Source of the DNA: an uncultured Eubacteriales bacterium
GTDB lineage: Bacteria; Bacillota; Clostridia; Christensenellales; UBA1242
Reading direction: 5' to 3'
Length of the DNA: 64,000 nucleotides
Assembly (NCBI GenBank): GCA_949878485.1
Contig: CATLAM010000006.1
Location: 6,914 to 70,913 of the forward strand
Shown: one piece after another, positions 35,983-46,966 of the stretch
Position numbering within the stretch: the first letter of the stretch is position 1
How the letters are laid out: every line of letters starts with the position of its first letter
Program-made: the position numbers and the translations under genes
Notes under the pieces: model-generated
What the model was told of the DNA's origin: nothing
The model's input: only the letters and a program-made list of their open reading frames with translations
The model's database searches: none

Positions 35983-36654
35983 CTATTTTTTGTTGTTCAA
36001 CAAATCCTTTCGCAATTTTTCAGTTCTCTCTAGGCTTTGCTGTTTTCTCCATTTTTCCACTTCTTGATGATTGCCAGAAACCAAAACTTCTGGCACTTTA
36101 AGACCTTCAAATTCTTGAGGACGAGTGTATTGTGGATATTCCAAAAGACCATTTGAGAAACTTTCATTTTCCAAACTTTCCTTAGTTATCACACCTTCCA
36201 CAAACCTTGACACACTGTCGATAATGACCATGCTTGGAAGTTCCCCACCAGTTAAAACATAATCTCCTATGGAAATTTGCTCTACATCAAAAAGTTGAAA
36301 AAATCGTTCGTCAATGCCTTCATAATGCCCGCAAACAAAAATCAAATGTTCACATTTAGAAAGGCTTTCCACTTTTTCCACATTAAGCGTCTTTCCAACA
36401 GGAGAAGGGAAAATGATTTTAGCACCTTTCTTATAAACAGAATTCACAGCATCAAAAACAGGCTGAACAGTCATCAGCATGCCTGCTCCGCCACCAAAAG
36501 GATAGTCATCACATTTTTTGTGCTTATCCTTAGAAAAATCCCTGATATTGATTAAGTTTATTTCCAAAATTCCACTGTCCACCGCTCTGCCAACAATGCT
36601 TGTTTGAAGTGGTGTAAATGCTTCTGGAAATAAAGTCAACACATCAATTTTCAT
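35983..36654 (-). CDS. trmD: tRNA (guanine37-N1)-methyltransferase
   Basis: MKIDVLTLFPE start; GHYEGIDER; YVLTGGELP. Confidence 0.92.
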   Translation of the reverse strand: MKIDVLTLFPEAFTPLQTSIVGRAVDSGILEINLINIRDFSKDKHKKCDDYPFGGGAGMLMTVQPVFDAVNSVYKKGAKIIFPSPVGKTLNVEKVESLSKCEHLIFVCGHYEGIDERFFQLFDVEQISIGDYVLTGGELPSMVIIDSVSRFVEGVITKESLENESFSNGLLEYPQYTRPQEFEGLKVPEVLVSGNHQEVEKWRKQQSLERTEKLRKDLLNNKK

Positions 36655-37151
36655 TCCTGTGCCACCTTTGCCCCATCAAATTCTTTTCTAATAACGCTGA
36701 TTTCTTTGCCTTTATGCTGAAAAATTGCTTTTCTGAAAGGCACTTCATAAAATCTTTCATCTTCACACTTTACAACTACAATGTCGTCAAATCCATAGTT
36801 TACAACATCCATAATTTGACCTGCAAGTTCTCCATTTTCATCATAAAGTATAATTCCAACCAAATCGTCAATCAAAAAATCGTCAACAGCAATTTTTTCA
36901 AATTCTTCTTTGGTTATAAAAACTTCCTTGTTGCGATATTTTTCAGCAACATTTCTGTCAGTGATTTCTTGAAAATGCACATAAGCATATCCAAGTCTGA
37001 ATGTTGCAGTTTTAAATGGAGTTTCTTTCTTTTCAATGTAAAGTGCATGCTTACCATTAAAAATCGCAGGGAGTTCAACAAGAGGTAAAATTTTTACTTC
37101 TCCCTTAATCCCCTGCGGTTTAATGATTTTTCCGACACAAACGAAATCCAT
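36651..37151 (-). CDS. rimM: 16S rRNA processing protein RimM
   Basis: VGKIIKPQGIKGEVK N-terminal pattern and PRC barrel; 4-nt overlap with trmD. Confidence 0.85.
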   Translation of the reverse strand: MDFVCVGKIIKPQGIKGEVKILPLVELPAIFNGKHALYIEKKETPFKTATFRLGYAYVHFQEITDRNVAEKYRNKEVFITKEEFEKIAVDDFLIDDLVGIILYDENGELAGQIMDVVNYGFDDIVVVKCEDERFYEVPFRKAIFQHKGKEISVIRKEFDGAKVAQE

Positions 37152-37153
37152 CT

Positions 37154-37384
37154 CTAGTCACCAAACTTCACAAAAACTTTTTTGTGAGTCTTTGAAGCAA
37201 CAGATTTCATAATGCCTCTAATGTTGTTGGCAGTTTTACCATTTTTTCCGATAACTTTACCGATGTCAGTGCTGGCAACCTTAACAACATAAGTAACAGA
37301 CTTTTCGTCTTCTTCTTTTTCAACAGATACACTGTTTTCATCTTCTACGAGTGCTTTAATAAGATATTCTAATAACTTATCCAT
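37154..37384 (-). CDS. khpA: KH-domain RNA-binding protein (YlqC/KhpA)
   Basis: 76 aa; GKVIGKNGKTANNIR GXXG loop; conserved slot between rpsP and rimM. Confidence 0.8.
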   Translation of the reverse strand: MDKLLEYLIKALVEDENSVSVEKEEDEKSVTYVVKVASTDIGKVIGKNGKTANNIRGIMKSVASKTHKKVFVKFGD

Positions 37385-37396
37385 TTACACATCTCC

Positions 37397-37654
37397 TTAT
37401 TTCTTTTCTGGATTGATTGCACCACTCTTAACCAAAATTGATTTAGCAGTTTCTGTTGGTGTTGCACCATTTTTAAGCCATTTTTGTGCTTTTTCGTTGT
37501 CAATTTTGATTTCTGCTGGGTTAGTCAATGGGTTATAAGTTCCAAGTAAATCAATGTATTTACCATCTCTTGGAGTTTTAGAGTCAGAAACAACGACACG
37601 GTAAAAAGGTGATTTCTTATCTCCCATTCTTGTAAGTCTGATTTTAACAGCCAT
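37397..37654 (-). CDS. rpsP: 30S ribosomal protein S16
   Basis: [19 protein letters not shown] pattern. Confidence 0.92.
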   Translation of the reverse strand: MAVKIRLTRMGDKKSPFYRVVVSDSKTPRDGKYIDLLGTYNPLTNPAEIKIDNEKAQKWLKNGATPTETAKSILVKSGAINPEKK

Positions 37655-37781
37655 GATTTTATCTCCTTTTAATAAGATTTTTGAAAGTTTTATCTTTCGT
37701 TATATAATCAAAACAAAAGTTTTGTTTATACCAAATGTTGTGTAGTATTCAAACATAATACTCTTTCTGTAGTGGTGTTAT

Positions 37782-39098
37782 TTAAAACATTCCACGCATC
37801 AAACTTTTCTTGCCTTTCAGTTGTTTCATCATTTCTTTTGATTGTTCAAACTGTTTAAGCAAGATGTTTACTTGTTGAATTGATGTTCCACTTCCTTCTG
37901 CAATACGCTTTCTTCTGCTTGCTTTAATGATGTCAGGATTAAGTCTTTCTTCCTTTGTCATGCTTTGAATGATTGCTTTGTTTACAGCAAGTTGTTTTTC
38001 ATCAATTGTCACCCCTTTAAGTTTGGATGACATCCCTGGAATCATGCCAATAAGGTCGTTTATATTTCCCATTTTGTTCAGTTTTTCCATTTGAAGCAGA
38101 TAATCTTCAAAAGTGAAAGAGTTTTCTCTGAATTTGGCTTCAAGTTGTTTCGCCTCTTCTTCAGTTACGGCTTCTTGTGCCTTTTCAATAAGTGAAAGCA
38201 CATCGCCCATGCCCAAAATTCTGCTGGCAATTCTGTCTGGATAGAAAGGTTCTAAGTCACCAATTTTTTCACCAATACCAGAAAATTTAATTGGCTTTCC
38301 AGTGATTGCTTTAATGGAAAGTGCAGCACCACCCCTTGTATCACCATCAAGTTTAGTCAATATGACACCAGAAATGTCAAGGTCGTTGTTGAAACTTTCA
38401 CTGATTGTAACTGCGTCTTGACCAGTCATAGCGTCAACAACAAGCAAAATTTCAGTAGGTTTAACTTCTTTCTTAATGTCCTGAAGTTCTTGCATCAAAT
38501 CTTGATTGATGTGTAAACGACCTGCTGTGTCGATGATAACTGTGTCAAAACCTTGTTTATTGGCATGGTCAATCGCTTGTTTTGCTGTTTTTACAGGATT
38601 TTGTGTTCCCTTTTCAAAAACTTCTGTATTTGCTGTTTTTCCAACAACTTGAAGCTGGTTGATGGCAGCAGGTCTGTAAATGTCACACGCAACCAAAAGT
38701 GGTTTCTTGCCAGACTTTTTTAAGTGATAAGCAAGTTTACCACACATGGTGGTTTTACCTGCACCCTGCAAACCACACATCATGATGATTGTTGGTGGAT
38801 TTGGTGCAATCTTAAGTTTTTGTTCGTTTGAAGAAATAAGTTTAACCATTTCTTCATTGACAATTTTGATAACCATTTGCCCTGGGGTCAGGCTTTTCAT
38901 AACTTCTTCACCCATTGCTTTCTCTGAAACATCAGCAACAAACTTTTTGGCAACCATATAATTTACATCGGCTTCCAACAACGCAATACGCACTTCACGC
39001 ATCGCTTCTTTAATTTCAAGTTCTGTCAATTTTCCACGCTTAGTAAGTTTGGAAAATATATGATTCAGTTTGTCTGATAATGATGAAAAAAGTGCCAT
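37782..39098 (-). CDS. ffh: signal recognition particle protein Ffh
   Basis: GLQGAGKTT, DTAGR, TKLDGD G-domain motifs and a Met-rich M domain. Confidence 0.93.
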   Translation of the reverse strand: MALFSSLSDKLNHIFSKLTKRGKLTELEIKEAMREVRIALLEADVNYMVAKKFVADVSEKAMGEEVMKSLTPGQMVIKIVNEEMVKLISSNEQKLKIAPNPPTIIMMCGLQGAGKTTMCGKLAYHLKKSGKKPLLVACDIYRPAAINQLQVVGKTANTEVFEKGTQNPVKTAKQAIDHANKQGFDTVIIDTAGRLHINQDLMQELQDIKKEVKPTEILLVVDAMTGQDAVTISESFNNDLDISGVILTKLDGDTRGGAALSIKAITGKPIKFSGIGEKIGDLEPFYPDRIASRILGMGDVLSLIEKAQEAVTEEEAKQLEAKFRENSFTFEDYLLQMEKLNKMGNINDLIGMIPGMSSKLKGVTIDEKQLAVNKAIIQSMTKEERLNPDIIKASRRKRIAEGSGTSIQQVNILLKQFEQSKEMMKQLKGKKSLMRGMF

Positions 39099-39436
39099 TA
39101 TAATTCCTTTAAAATATTTTCGATTTTTTCTGAAATTTCCATTTCATCTTTTTGGTCTGCCCAAGTTTTCACTTTAAGCAGTTCTTTCTTGATTGTTTCC
39201 TTTTTTGTGCAAAATCCTAAACTTTTTTCAAGATTTTTAAGTTTTTCGCAAGACTTGTCAACAGCATCCAAAACTGCCTGTCTTGAAATGTTTCTTTCAA
39301 CCGCAATTTCCGCCAAAGTCATGTTAAATTCGAAATAAGATGTCATAATTTTTTGCCTGTCTTCACTTAAAAGCCCACCATAAATTTCAAATAACCTGCC
39401 AAGATAGATGAAATCGTTAAGTTCAATTTTGGACAT
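39098..39436 (-). CDS. ylxM: YlxM/p13-like putative DNA-binding protein
   Basis: 112 aa, sigma-70 region-4-like HTH; conserved partner upstream of ffh. Confidence 0.75.
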   Translation of the reverse strand: MSKIELNDFIYLGRLFEIYGGLLSEDRQKIMTSYFEFNMTLAEIAVERNISRQAVLDAVDKSCEKLKNLEKSLGFCTKKETIKKELLKVKTWADQKDEMEISEKIENILKEL

Positions 39437-39521
39437 AATTTCTTCCTTAATGTCAAGTATTTTAACTTTACAACTTGATTATAACACACTAATTCCCAAA
39501 ATGCAACTAAAATTAACAAAT

Positions 39522-40616
39522 TTATGGCAATAAATTTGCAATTATGGTGTTGCTTAAATGATAAAAAACATGATTTAAGTAAATTGTGTCGTCTTTTTCT
39601 TGTATTATGCCTTGTTTAATATAATCATCATAATAAACATTTTGAGTTATGTCAAAGCCTAAACTTTGCAATTTGTCTTTTTGAACACCAAGTTTACATC
39701 TAAGCCCAAGCATGATAATTTCTTCCAGTTCTTCAGTGACAGTTAAATTTTCTTGAAATGTTTTGCCACTTTTATAATCCTCAAAACTGTCAGCATTGGC
39801 TGTTCTGTTTTTTCCATCAAAAGAATGAGCAGACATTCCAAACCCCAAATATTCTCCCCTTGCCCAATAATTTAAATTGTGTTTACTTTCATAGTCAGGA
39901 TAAGCAAAATTAGAAATCTCATAACGCTCCATTCCTTTATCTTGCAAATAATTTGCAAGTTTGTTGAATGCACTGACAGTTTGGTCATCCGACAAAGGAA
40001 AATATTTCTTTTCACAAACATCTTTAAAAAGTTTTGTGTTTTCATAAACTTCCAAAAGATAACAAGATATATGCTTCACACCAAGTTCCAAAAGTTGCCC
40101 AGCATAACGACACAAATCTTTGCCATTTTCATTTTCCAAACCCACAATTAAATCTGCAGAAACATTGTCAAAACACTTTCTTGCCAATTTAATTTTTTCA
40201 AGTGCTTCATTTTTTGTGTGAAGTCGACCAATCTTTTGCAAACTTTTGTCTTTTAAACTCTGCACACCAATGCTCAGCCTGTTTACACGAAGTTTTTTCC
40301 AAGTCAAAAGCAATTCTTGTGTAATTGAATTTGGATTTGCTTCAATCGTAAATTCTGCATTGTCATAGACATCAAAATTGTCGTAGATCGCCTTTACCAC
40401 TTTTTCAATTTGTTGTGGTGTCAATATGCTTGGCGTTCCACCACCAATATAGATTGTTCTGACAACGCCATCACACTTTCTTTTTTCAATTTCTTTGCAA
40501 AGGTCATCTATGTAATCATTCTGTTCCTTCTCGCCAGTGCAATAAGAAACAAAAGCACAATAATTGCACTTTCTTTCACAAAATGGAATATGCACATAAA
40601 TTGAAAGTTCTTTCAT
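39522..40616 (-). CDS. hemW: radical SAM heme chaperone HemW (HemN-like)
   Basis: YVHIPFCERKCNYCAF (CxxxCxxC); GGGTPS; conserved position next to lepA. Confidence 0.85.
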   Translation of the reverse strand: MKELSIYVHIPFCERKCNYCAFVSYCTGEKEQNDYIDDLCKEIEKRKCDGVVRTIYIGGGTPSILTPQQIEKVVKAIYDNFDVYDNAEFTIEANPNSITQELLLTWKKLRVNRLSIGVQSLKDKSLQKIGRLHTKNEALEKIKLARKCFDNVSADLIVGLENENGKDLCRYAGQLLELGVKHISCYLLEVYENTKLFKDVCEKKYFPLSDDQTVSAFNKLANYLQDKGMERYEISNFAYPDYESKHNLNYWARGEYLGFGMSAHSFDGKNRTANADSFEDYKSGKTFQENLTVTEELEEIIMLGLRCKLGVQKDKLQSLGFDITQNVYYDDYIKQGIIQEKDDTIYLNHVFYHLSNTIIANLLP

Positions 40617-40621
40617 AACAC

Positions 40622-40888
40622 TTATTTAATCTTACTTAATATTTTATCATACAAACGATGTAAAAGTCTATTAAAATATAACAGCCCATAAAAAACAATA
40701 AGAAAATTCAAAAAGAAAAATATAATTGTTGTAAAGGTTAAAATCAAAAACCCCCACCAAGTTCCATAAAAAATATCATCTGTCGGAAAAAAGAAAGATA
40801 AAACAGATGCTGTTCCATAAAAGAATTCCATTAAGCAATAAGGGATTAAAAGAAACAAAACATTTTTTAAATTTGAAACATCTCTCAT
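40622..40888 (-). CDS. hypothetical membrane protein
   Basis: Start taken as MRDVSNL (ATG 40888), which forms an ATGA overlap with the upstream TGA stop; 2-3 TM spans. Confidence 0.45.
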   Translation of the reverse strand: MRDVSNLKNVLFLLIPYCLMEFFYGTASVLSFFFPTDDIFYGTWWGFLILTFTTIIFFFLNFLIVFYGLLYFNRLLHRLYDKILSKIK

Positions 40889-41229
40889 ATCACTAAATAT
40901 AAAAACATAAAAATTGGCAATATGATGCATAAAAATATTTCAAAAATATTTGTTGTATGAAGTCTACATTCAAGTAATAATGCAAATGCAAGATAAGCAA
41001 AAAATAACTCTAATAAATGAAATTGTCTATAACGAATTTGACTTACAGAAAAAATGATATATCCTAAGCCAATAATGAAAAAGAAAACATATATTTTTTC
41101 TATAGCCCACAATTTATTTTTAAGAGTTATTAATTCAAATATAATAAACAAGATTCCCAAAACAAAAGGAAATGCAATTTTGCAAATGCGTGTAAAACTT
41201 ATATTCATTTTCATAAATTTATCCCCCAC
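40885..41229 (-). CDS. hypothetical membrane protein
   Basis: 114 aa, 4 hydrophobic spans; ends with TGA at 40885-40887. Confidence 0.5.
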   Translation of the reverse strand: MGDKFMKMNISFTRICKIAFPFVLGILFIIFELITLKNKLWAIEKIYVFFFIIGLGYIIFSVSQIRYRQFHLLELFFAYLAFALLLECRLHTTNIFEIFLCIILPIFMFLYLVI

Positions 41230-41282
41230 TAAAATATTTTATAGTGGGGGAGGAAAGTCAACTATTTTTTGAAAATAATCAT

Positions 41283-43091
41283 CTATTTCTGCGAATCATC
41301 CAATTTCAAAATGCTCATAAACGCTTCTGACGGAATTTCCACTGAACCTATTTTACGCATTTTTTTCTTCCCTTCTTTTTGTTTTTCAAGAAGTTTACGT
41401 TTTCTTGTAATGTCGCCGCCATAACATTTTGCAAGCACATCTTTTCTCATGGCAGAAATCGTTTCGCGTGCAATAATTTTGTTTCCGATGCAAGCCTGAA
41501 TAGGAACTTCAAACATTTGTCTTGGAATAATCTTTTTAAGTCTTTCTGCAAGTTCTCGTCCACGATTATATGCCTTATCTTTGTGAACAATAAGTGACAA
41601 AGCATCACATCTTTCGCCATTTAAAAGCAAATCAACTCTGACAAGTTCGGCAGGCTCAAAACCACAAATTTCATAGTCAAAACTTGCGTAACCTTTTGTT
41701 CTGGATTTAAGACTGTCAAAAAAGTCATAGATAATTTCGCCAAGTGGAAGAGTATATTTAAGTTCCACTCGCTTCTTGTCGATGTATTGCATATCTTTAT
41801 AAATTCCGCGTTTGTCTTGACATAAATCCATAATGTTGCCGACATATTCAGGTGGAGTAAAAATGTTGACCTTAACAATAGGTTCTTCAATTCGGTCAAT
41901 TTCAACTGATGGTGGCAAATTGGACGGATTGGAAATTTCCAACATTTCTCCGTTGGTTTTATAGACATTATAAGAAACACTTGGTGCAGTTGTGATTATG
42001 TCAAGATTGAATTCGCGTTCCAATCTTTCAGTGATGATTTCCAAATGCAACAATCCCAAGAAGCCACATCTAAAACCATAACCAAGAGCGGAAGAAACTT
42101 CTGGTGCAAATTGTAAACTTGCATCGTTCAATTTCAACTTTTCAAGACTGTCTTTAAGTTCATAATACTTCGCACCGTCAATTGGAAAAATTCCGCAATA
42201 AACAACAGGTTGAACTTCTTTATAACCTTCAAGTACCTTTTCTGTTGGTCTTTCAACAGATGTAATGGTGTCACCAACTTTGACATCTGAAATTGTCTTG
42301 ATTGATGCCGCAATATAACCAACATCACCAGCAGAAAGTTGGTCTACAGTCTTAGTGTTTGGCACAAAAATTCCAACTTCAGTGACATCGAAAACTTTGC
42401 CAGTTTGCATCATCAAAATTTTGTCACCCGCTTTAACTTTTCCATCAAAAACTCTGATAAGGCAAATTGCACCCTTGAAATTGTCATAATGGCTGTCAAA
42501 AATGAGACATTTAAGTGGTTTATTTTCATCGCCTTGTGGAGCAGGTATATTCTTAACAACCGCTTTTAAAACTTGGTCAATGTTTATTCCTTCCTTAGCA
42601 GAAACACAAGGACAATCACTGGCATCAAAGCCAATAACATCTTCAATTTCTTGTTTAACTTCGTCCACGCGAGCAGATGGCAAATCAATTTTATTAACAA
42701 CTGGAATGGTTTCTAAATCATTGTCTAATGCAAGATAAGTGTTTGCCAAAGTTTGTGCTTCCACTCCTTGAGTTGCATCAACAAGCAAAATTGCTCCTTC
42801 ACATGCAGCTAAAGAACGAGAAACTTCATAGGTAAAGTCAACATGCCCCGGCGTGTCAATTAAATTTAAAATATATTCTTTTCCATCACATTCATAGACA
42901 AGTCTTGTTGGTGCAAGTTTAATTGTGATTCCGCGTTCTCTTTCCAAATCCATGCTGTCCAATATTTGGCTTTGCATATCTCTTTTGGAAACAGTGCCCG
43001 TAGATTCAATCAACCTGTCAGCCAAAGTGCTTTTTCCATGATCTATGTGTGCAATAATGCAAAAATTTCTTATAAGTGATAAGTCTTTCAA
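41283..43091 (-). CDS. lepA: translation elongation factor 4 (LepA)
   Basis: [25 protein letters not shown]. Start TTG 43091 with AGGAGA 6 nt upstream; the longer track ORF runs through the promoter. Confidence 0.92.
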   Translation of the reverse strand: MKDLSLIRNFCIIAHIDHGKSTLADRLIESTGTVSKRDMQSQILDSMDLERERGITIKLAPTRLVYECDGKEYILNLIDTPGHVDFTYEVSRSLAACEGAILLVDATQGVEAQTLANTYLALDNDLETIPVVNKIDLPSARVDEVKQEIEDVIGFDASDCPCVSAKEGINIDQVLKAVVKNIPAPQGDENKPLKCLIFDSHYDNFKGAICLIRVFDGKVKAGDKILMMQTGKVFDVTEVGIFVPNTKTVDQLSAGDVGYIAASIKTISDVKVGDTITSVERPTEKVLEGYKEVQPVVYCGIFPIDGAKYYELKDSLEKLKLNDASLQFAPEVSSALGYGFRCGFLGLLHLEIITERLEREFNLDIITTAPSVSYNVYKTNGEMLEISNPSNLPPSVEIDRIEEPIVKVNIFTPPEYVGNIMDLCQDKRGIYKDMQYIDKKRVELKYTLPLGEIIYDFFDSLKSRTKGYASFDYEICGFEPAELVRVDLLLNGERCDALSLIVHKDKAYNRGRELAERLKKIIPRQMFEVPIQACIGNKIIARETISAMRKDVLAKCYGGDITRKRKLLEKQKEGKKKMRKIGSVEIPSEAFMSILKLDDSQK

Positions 43092-43109
43092 AAAATTTCT
43101 CCTAACATG

Positions 43110-43138
43110 ATTATACACTAAAATAAGTTTTCTTTCCA
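43110..43138 (-). promoter_or_regulatory. lepA promoter
   Basis: Minus strand TTGGAA-N17-TATAAT with TG extension. Confidence 0.5.
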
Positions 43139-43235
43139 AATAAAAGAAAAAACAAATCGCAAATTTTTAAATTTTTTAATGGTTTGTTTTGCAATGACAA
43201 AAATTTTTGTTACAATGATAAAAAGGAGAAAATTT

Positions 43236-44186
43236 ATGGGGAAATTACATTTCAGATTTGGTGTGGTAAATTCCAATCTCACAGCCACCGCTTTGATGTT
43301 CAGGCACACTTACACACAAAAGAAGATGAACGCTTTGGTGTTTAAACCTGCCATTGACACAAAGCACGGAAAAGATGGTGTTGTTGAAGAAATGGGAATT
43401 TCTTCTCCTTGCATTGATTTTAAAATTGACGACAATTTGATTTCACTTTTTGAAAAAGAAAAAGAACTACAAAAAATTCATGTTGTCATCGTTGTTGAAA
43501 GCCAGTTTTGCACAAAAGCACAAATTGAGCAACTTCGAGAAATTTCTGAAGAAGTAAGTGTCTATGCCTACGGACTTATGACAAACTTTAAAACAGAACT
43601 TTTTGAAGGAAGCAAACGCCTGCTTGAAATAAGTGACAGCATTCAAGAAATTAAGTCCGATTGTTTTTGTGGGAAAAAAGCAACCATGAATGGAAGGTTT
43701 ATTGACAATGTAATGGAAATTGAAGGAAGCGAAATTGTCATTGGAGATGAAGAGAAATATCGTGCAATGTGTTATTCATGTTTTAAGAAAGAACAACGTA
43801 AAGCAAGAGTTTACAACAAAATTTTGAAATATCTTAAAATATTTGAAAACAAAACAACAGCAGGAACATGGTTTATTCCAAAAAGAATGCAAGTCAACAA
43901 AATTGACCCTTATGTAATTTATGATGAAGAAGTAACCGCTTTCATCAATGAATTTAAAGGATTTGAAATAAAAAATCCCGAACAACTTATCGTTGTAAGT
44001 GACAATCTTGAAGACCTTAAAAAAATCAAAATGCTTGACCAATCTTTCGATTATGTTATGACACTTATTTCTTATGTTTTGGAACTTGAAAAACATAAAG
44101 CAGGACTTTTGAAAGCATTGATTGAAGATGGCTCGTTGTTCCGTTGGCTCAAACAAATTAAGCGTGCCATTGATCACGAAGAATAA
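43236..44186 (+). CDS. thymidine-kinase-like protein with degenerate P-loop and ~130-aa C-terminal extension
   Basis: AAAGGAG + ATG 43236. Collinear with E. coli-type Tdk (YGLMTNFKTELFEGSKRLL, CFCGKKATM, CYSC). However NSNLTAT stands where Tdk has NAGKST and VVESQF where it has VDECQF. Confidence 0.55.
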   Translation: MGKLHFRFGVVNSNLTATALMFRHTYTQKKMNALVFKPAIDTKHGKDGVVEEMGISSPCIDFKIDDNLISLFEKEKELQKIHVVIVVESQFCTKAQIEQLREISEEVSVYAYGLMTNFKTELFEGSKRLLEISDSIQEIKSDCFCGKKATMNGRFIDNVMEIEGSEIVIGDEEKYRAMCYSCFKKEQRKARVYNKILKYLKIFENKTTAGTWFIPKRMQVNKIDPYVIYDEEVTAFINEFKGFEIKNPEQLIVVSDNLEDLKKIKMLDQSFDYVMTLISYVLELEKHKAGLLKALIEDGSLFRWLKQIKRAIDHEE

Positions 44187-44230
44187 AACAAAAAGACAAC
44201 TATTTAATGGCTGTAAATTTTAAACTAGAA

Positions 44231-44267
44231 AAAAAACGAACTTTCATTTTAATAAGTTCGTTTTTTT
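44231..44267. terminator. bidirectional terminator
   Basis: AAAAAACGAACTT / AAGTTCGTTTTTT 13-bp arms with a 10-nt loop. Confidence 0.65.
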
Positions 44268-44352
44268 ATTCAATCAGTAATGATAACTGCAATATTCTAA
44301 GTGATGATTAAAAGCACTTATTCAATTTGAGAAACAATCTTTTATATTTCAA

Positions 44353-45954
44353 CTAAAAATAAAAAACTTTATTACAATTCTCGATAAGTCTTGCATCGTG
44401 CGAAATTACAACAACTATTGCTTTACTTTGTAATTTTTTTAAAATTTTAATCACCTTTTCCACATTTTTTTTATCAAGTTCGTTTGTTGGTTCATCAAAT
44501 ATATATAATTGTGCTGGCTTTATGATTGCGCGTGCAATATTAACACGCTTTTTCTCTCCTCCAGAAAGTTTTTGCTCCATCCCCTCTTTTATGTTTGCAC
44601 TTCGTTCAATCAGTTTATCAAGTTCTAATGTTTTTAATATATGGTCAGTTTCTTTACTCTTTGGTATATTGGGATAAAAAATATTTTCTTCCAAACTTCT
44701 ATCAAAAAGTTGCATCTCCTGCAAAGCATATGATATTTTTTCTTCATCAAAGAATAACGACTCAAATTCAAATTGATCATTTATTATTATCTGACCACTT
44801 TTGTGTTCGCGCAATCCTAAAAGTGCTTGCATAATAGATGTTTTCCCCGAACCACTTGCTCCAGCAAGTGCAACCATATCTCCCTTTTTGAAAGAAAGAT
44901 TTACATTATTTAATTTAAAAGAACCTTGTTCTATGCACATATTTTTAATTTCTATTTTGTTTATTTCATCTATTTGAATTTTATCCTTTTGACAGACTAT
45001 TAAAGAATTTTGACTTGGCTTGACAAGCCTTATACGACCTATTTTTATTGCACCCTGTTGTAAAGTTGAAATATTATATCCAAGGCTTTCAATTGGGTCA
45101 TACACATTAAGAATATATCCTAAAAGCAATATTGCAGATGCAATAGAAAATACACTTGATGTTGTATGATTATTTGCAATTATGACAGCAGTAGCCATTG
45201 AAGAATATTCAAAAAACATAACTATAAACCAATATGTCCACTGTATATAAGTTCGTTTTTTCAAATTAGAGTAATAATTATCATTGTGTTTTTTCAAAAT
45301 ATTTTTTTCATATAATTGGCATTTAAATAAACTTAAAAATGGAAGATTTGTTACACTATTTAAAAATAAATTATTAATTCTGCCCCTATAAATCTCTCCA
45401 TTCTCAATCAATTTTCTTTCAAGGAGAACTCTTGTGTAAGCAATCAACATAAGTATAATGCTTACACAAAGCACAATAAGCATTACAATCCAATCAATCA
45501 ATCCAATATAAATTATTGACAGCACAAAAGATGCAATTGGTGGAATTATAGAGATAAACAAAGTTTCTACAAAATCAGAAATGTTATCTGTTGCACTTTT
45601 AATAAGATAACAAAATTCACCTTTAGTCATCTCTATATTTGAATTTTTTCGTGGTGTAAGCGTCCATTCCAAGGCTTTATTAAGTTGATTAGTAAGTTTT
45701 CCGCTGGCTGTCCATAAACAATAATATGCTGTTAAACCAATAAGCCAAAATATAAAAATTAAAGAAAATGAAAACACAGCAATTATTTCAACACTCCAAC
45801 TTTCAGGCAAATTTATTCCAAAAATTTGCACTACATTCCCTTCCATTTTTGAAATTATAGAAGCAATACATTGAACTGGCATAAGCATTGCGAAAGGTCT
45901 TGCCATTAATGCAAAAAATAATGGAATGCACAAAAACTTTTGTGAAGTCGTCAT
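44353..45954 (-). CDS. ABC exporter, fused permease and ATPase
   Basis: 6-TM N-terminal domain; Walker A GASGSGKTS; LSGGEKKR; LYIFDEPT. Start uncertain: ATG 45954 (GGAG SD) or GTG 46014; the track start at 46053 lies inside the promoter. Confidence 0.7.
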   Translation of the reverse strand: MTTSQKFLCIPLFFALMARPFAMLMPVQCIASIISKMEGNVVQIFGINLPESWSVEIIAVFSFSLIFIFWLIGLTAYYCLWTASGKLTNQLNKALEWTLTPRKNSNIEMTKGEFCYLIKSATDNISDFVETLFISIIPPIASFVLSIIYIGLIDWIVMLIVLCVSIILMLIAYTRVLLERKLIENGEIYRGRINNLFLNSVTNLPFLSLFKCQLYEKNILKKHNDNYYSNLKKRTYIQWTYWFIVMFFEYSSMATAVIIANNHTTSSVFSIASAILLLGYILNVYDPIESLGYNISTLQQGAIKIGRIRLVKPSQNSLIVCQKDKIQIDEINKIEIKNMCIEQGSFKLNNVNLSFKKGDMVALAGASGSGKTSIMQALLGLREHKSGQIIINDQFEFESLFFDEEKISYALQEMQLFDRSLEENIFYPNIPKSKETDHILKTLELDKLIERSANIKEGMEQKLSGGEKKRVNIARAIIKPAQLYIFDEPTNELDKKNVEKVIKILKKLQSKAIVVVISHDARLIENCNKVFYF

Positions 45955-46024
45955 CACACTCCACAATAATTTGATTGCCGAAACAATAGATTTTTTTTCT
46001 TTTTCGTGTTTCACAATTAATGTA

Positions 46025-46053
46025 ATTATAACATAATGCAAATTTATTTGCAA
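46025..46053 (-). promoter_or_regulatory. promoter of the ABC exporter gene
   Basis: Minus strand TTGCAA-N17-TATAAT with TG extension. Confidence 0.5.
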
Positions 46054-46301
46054 TTTAAATTGAATATATAAATAATCAAACTTTTACGTTTTAAGATTTT
46101 TAAGTATGCTTGTTATTATAAGTGGCATAGTTTTGTCTTGCCAACAAACATTCGATTAAAACCTAATTTAAAGTGTAAATAAAAAAAGAAAACCTAAGCC
46201 GTCTTATTGGTTTCGGTTTTCTTGTTTTCCGCTAGTTTCAAACCATCGTGACTAAGTCATTATTGATTTATTCAACGTGTTTCAATATAATGTCACGCGA
46301 A

Positions 46302-46862
46302 TTATTTAACTTTTTCCATGTAAGATCCATCTCTTGTGTCAACACGAATTAAATCGCCAATGTTTACAAAAAGAGGAACATTGATTACATAACCAGTTGA
46401 AAGTTTGGCAGGCTTTTTAGAAGCCTTTGATGTGTCACCTTGAATTCCAGGTTCTGTGTCCACAACTTCCAATTCAACAAATGTTGGTGGATAAACTGCA
46501 AATGGAACACCTTTGAAGATATACATTGTTGTAGGCATGTTTTCTGTAACAAAGTTTAATGCACTTGCAACGACATCTTTATTAAGTGGCATTTGTTCAT
46601 AAGTTTCGTTGTCCATGAAATAATAAAGGTCGCCATCATTGTAAAGATAAAGCATTTCTTTCTTTTCAATAACTGCTTCTTGAAATTTGTCGGTTGGGTT
46701 GAAAGTGTCTTCTCTTACTTGACCTGTCATAACATTTTTAATTTTTGCTCTTACAAATGGAGAGCCTTTTCCAGGTTTAACATGTTGAAATTCCACAATG
46801 CTGTAAACATTGCCATCCATTTCAAAAGTTGTTCCGTTTCTAAAATCACCTGCTGATACCAT
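46302..46862 (-). CDS. efp: elongation factor P
   Basis: 186 aa; [17 protein letters not shown] loop context. Confidence 0.92.
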   Translation of the reverse strand: MVSAGDFRNGTTFEMDGNVYSIVEFQHVKPGKGSPFVRAKIKNVMTGQVREDTFNPTDKFQEAVIEKKEMLYLYNDGDLYYFMDNETYEQMPLNKDVVASALNFVTENMPTTMYIFKGVPFAVYPPTFVELEVVDTEPGIQGDTSKASKKPAKLSTGYVINVPLFVNIGDLIRVDTRDGSYMEKVK

Positions 46863-46966
46863 AAATATCTCCTTAAACTTAAATTTTGATTTCTAACTTA
46901 ATTATAATAACATATTTAAACTAACTTTGCAAGCAATTGTTGCAAAAATTTTGTCTAAGCAAAACT

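Noticed and set aside
46054-46301. 248-bp gap between efp and the ABC exporter, considered as a riboswitch or sRNA
   Set aside because: I can see only an efp terminator-like hairpin (about 46178-46218) and the exporter promoter. I recognised no riboswitch or T-box signature.
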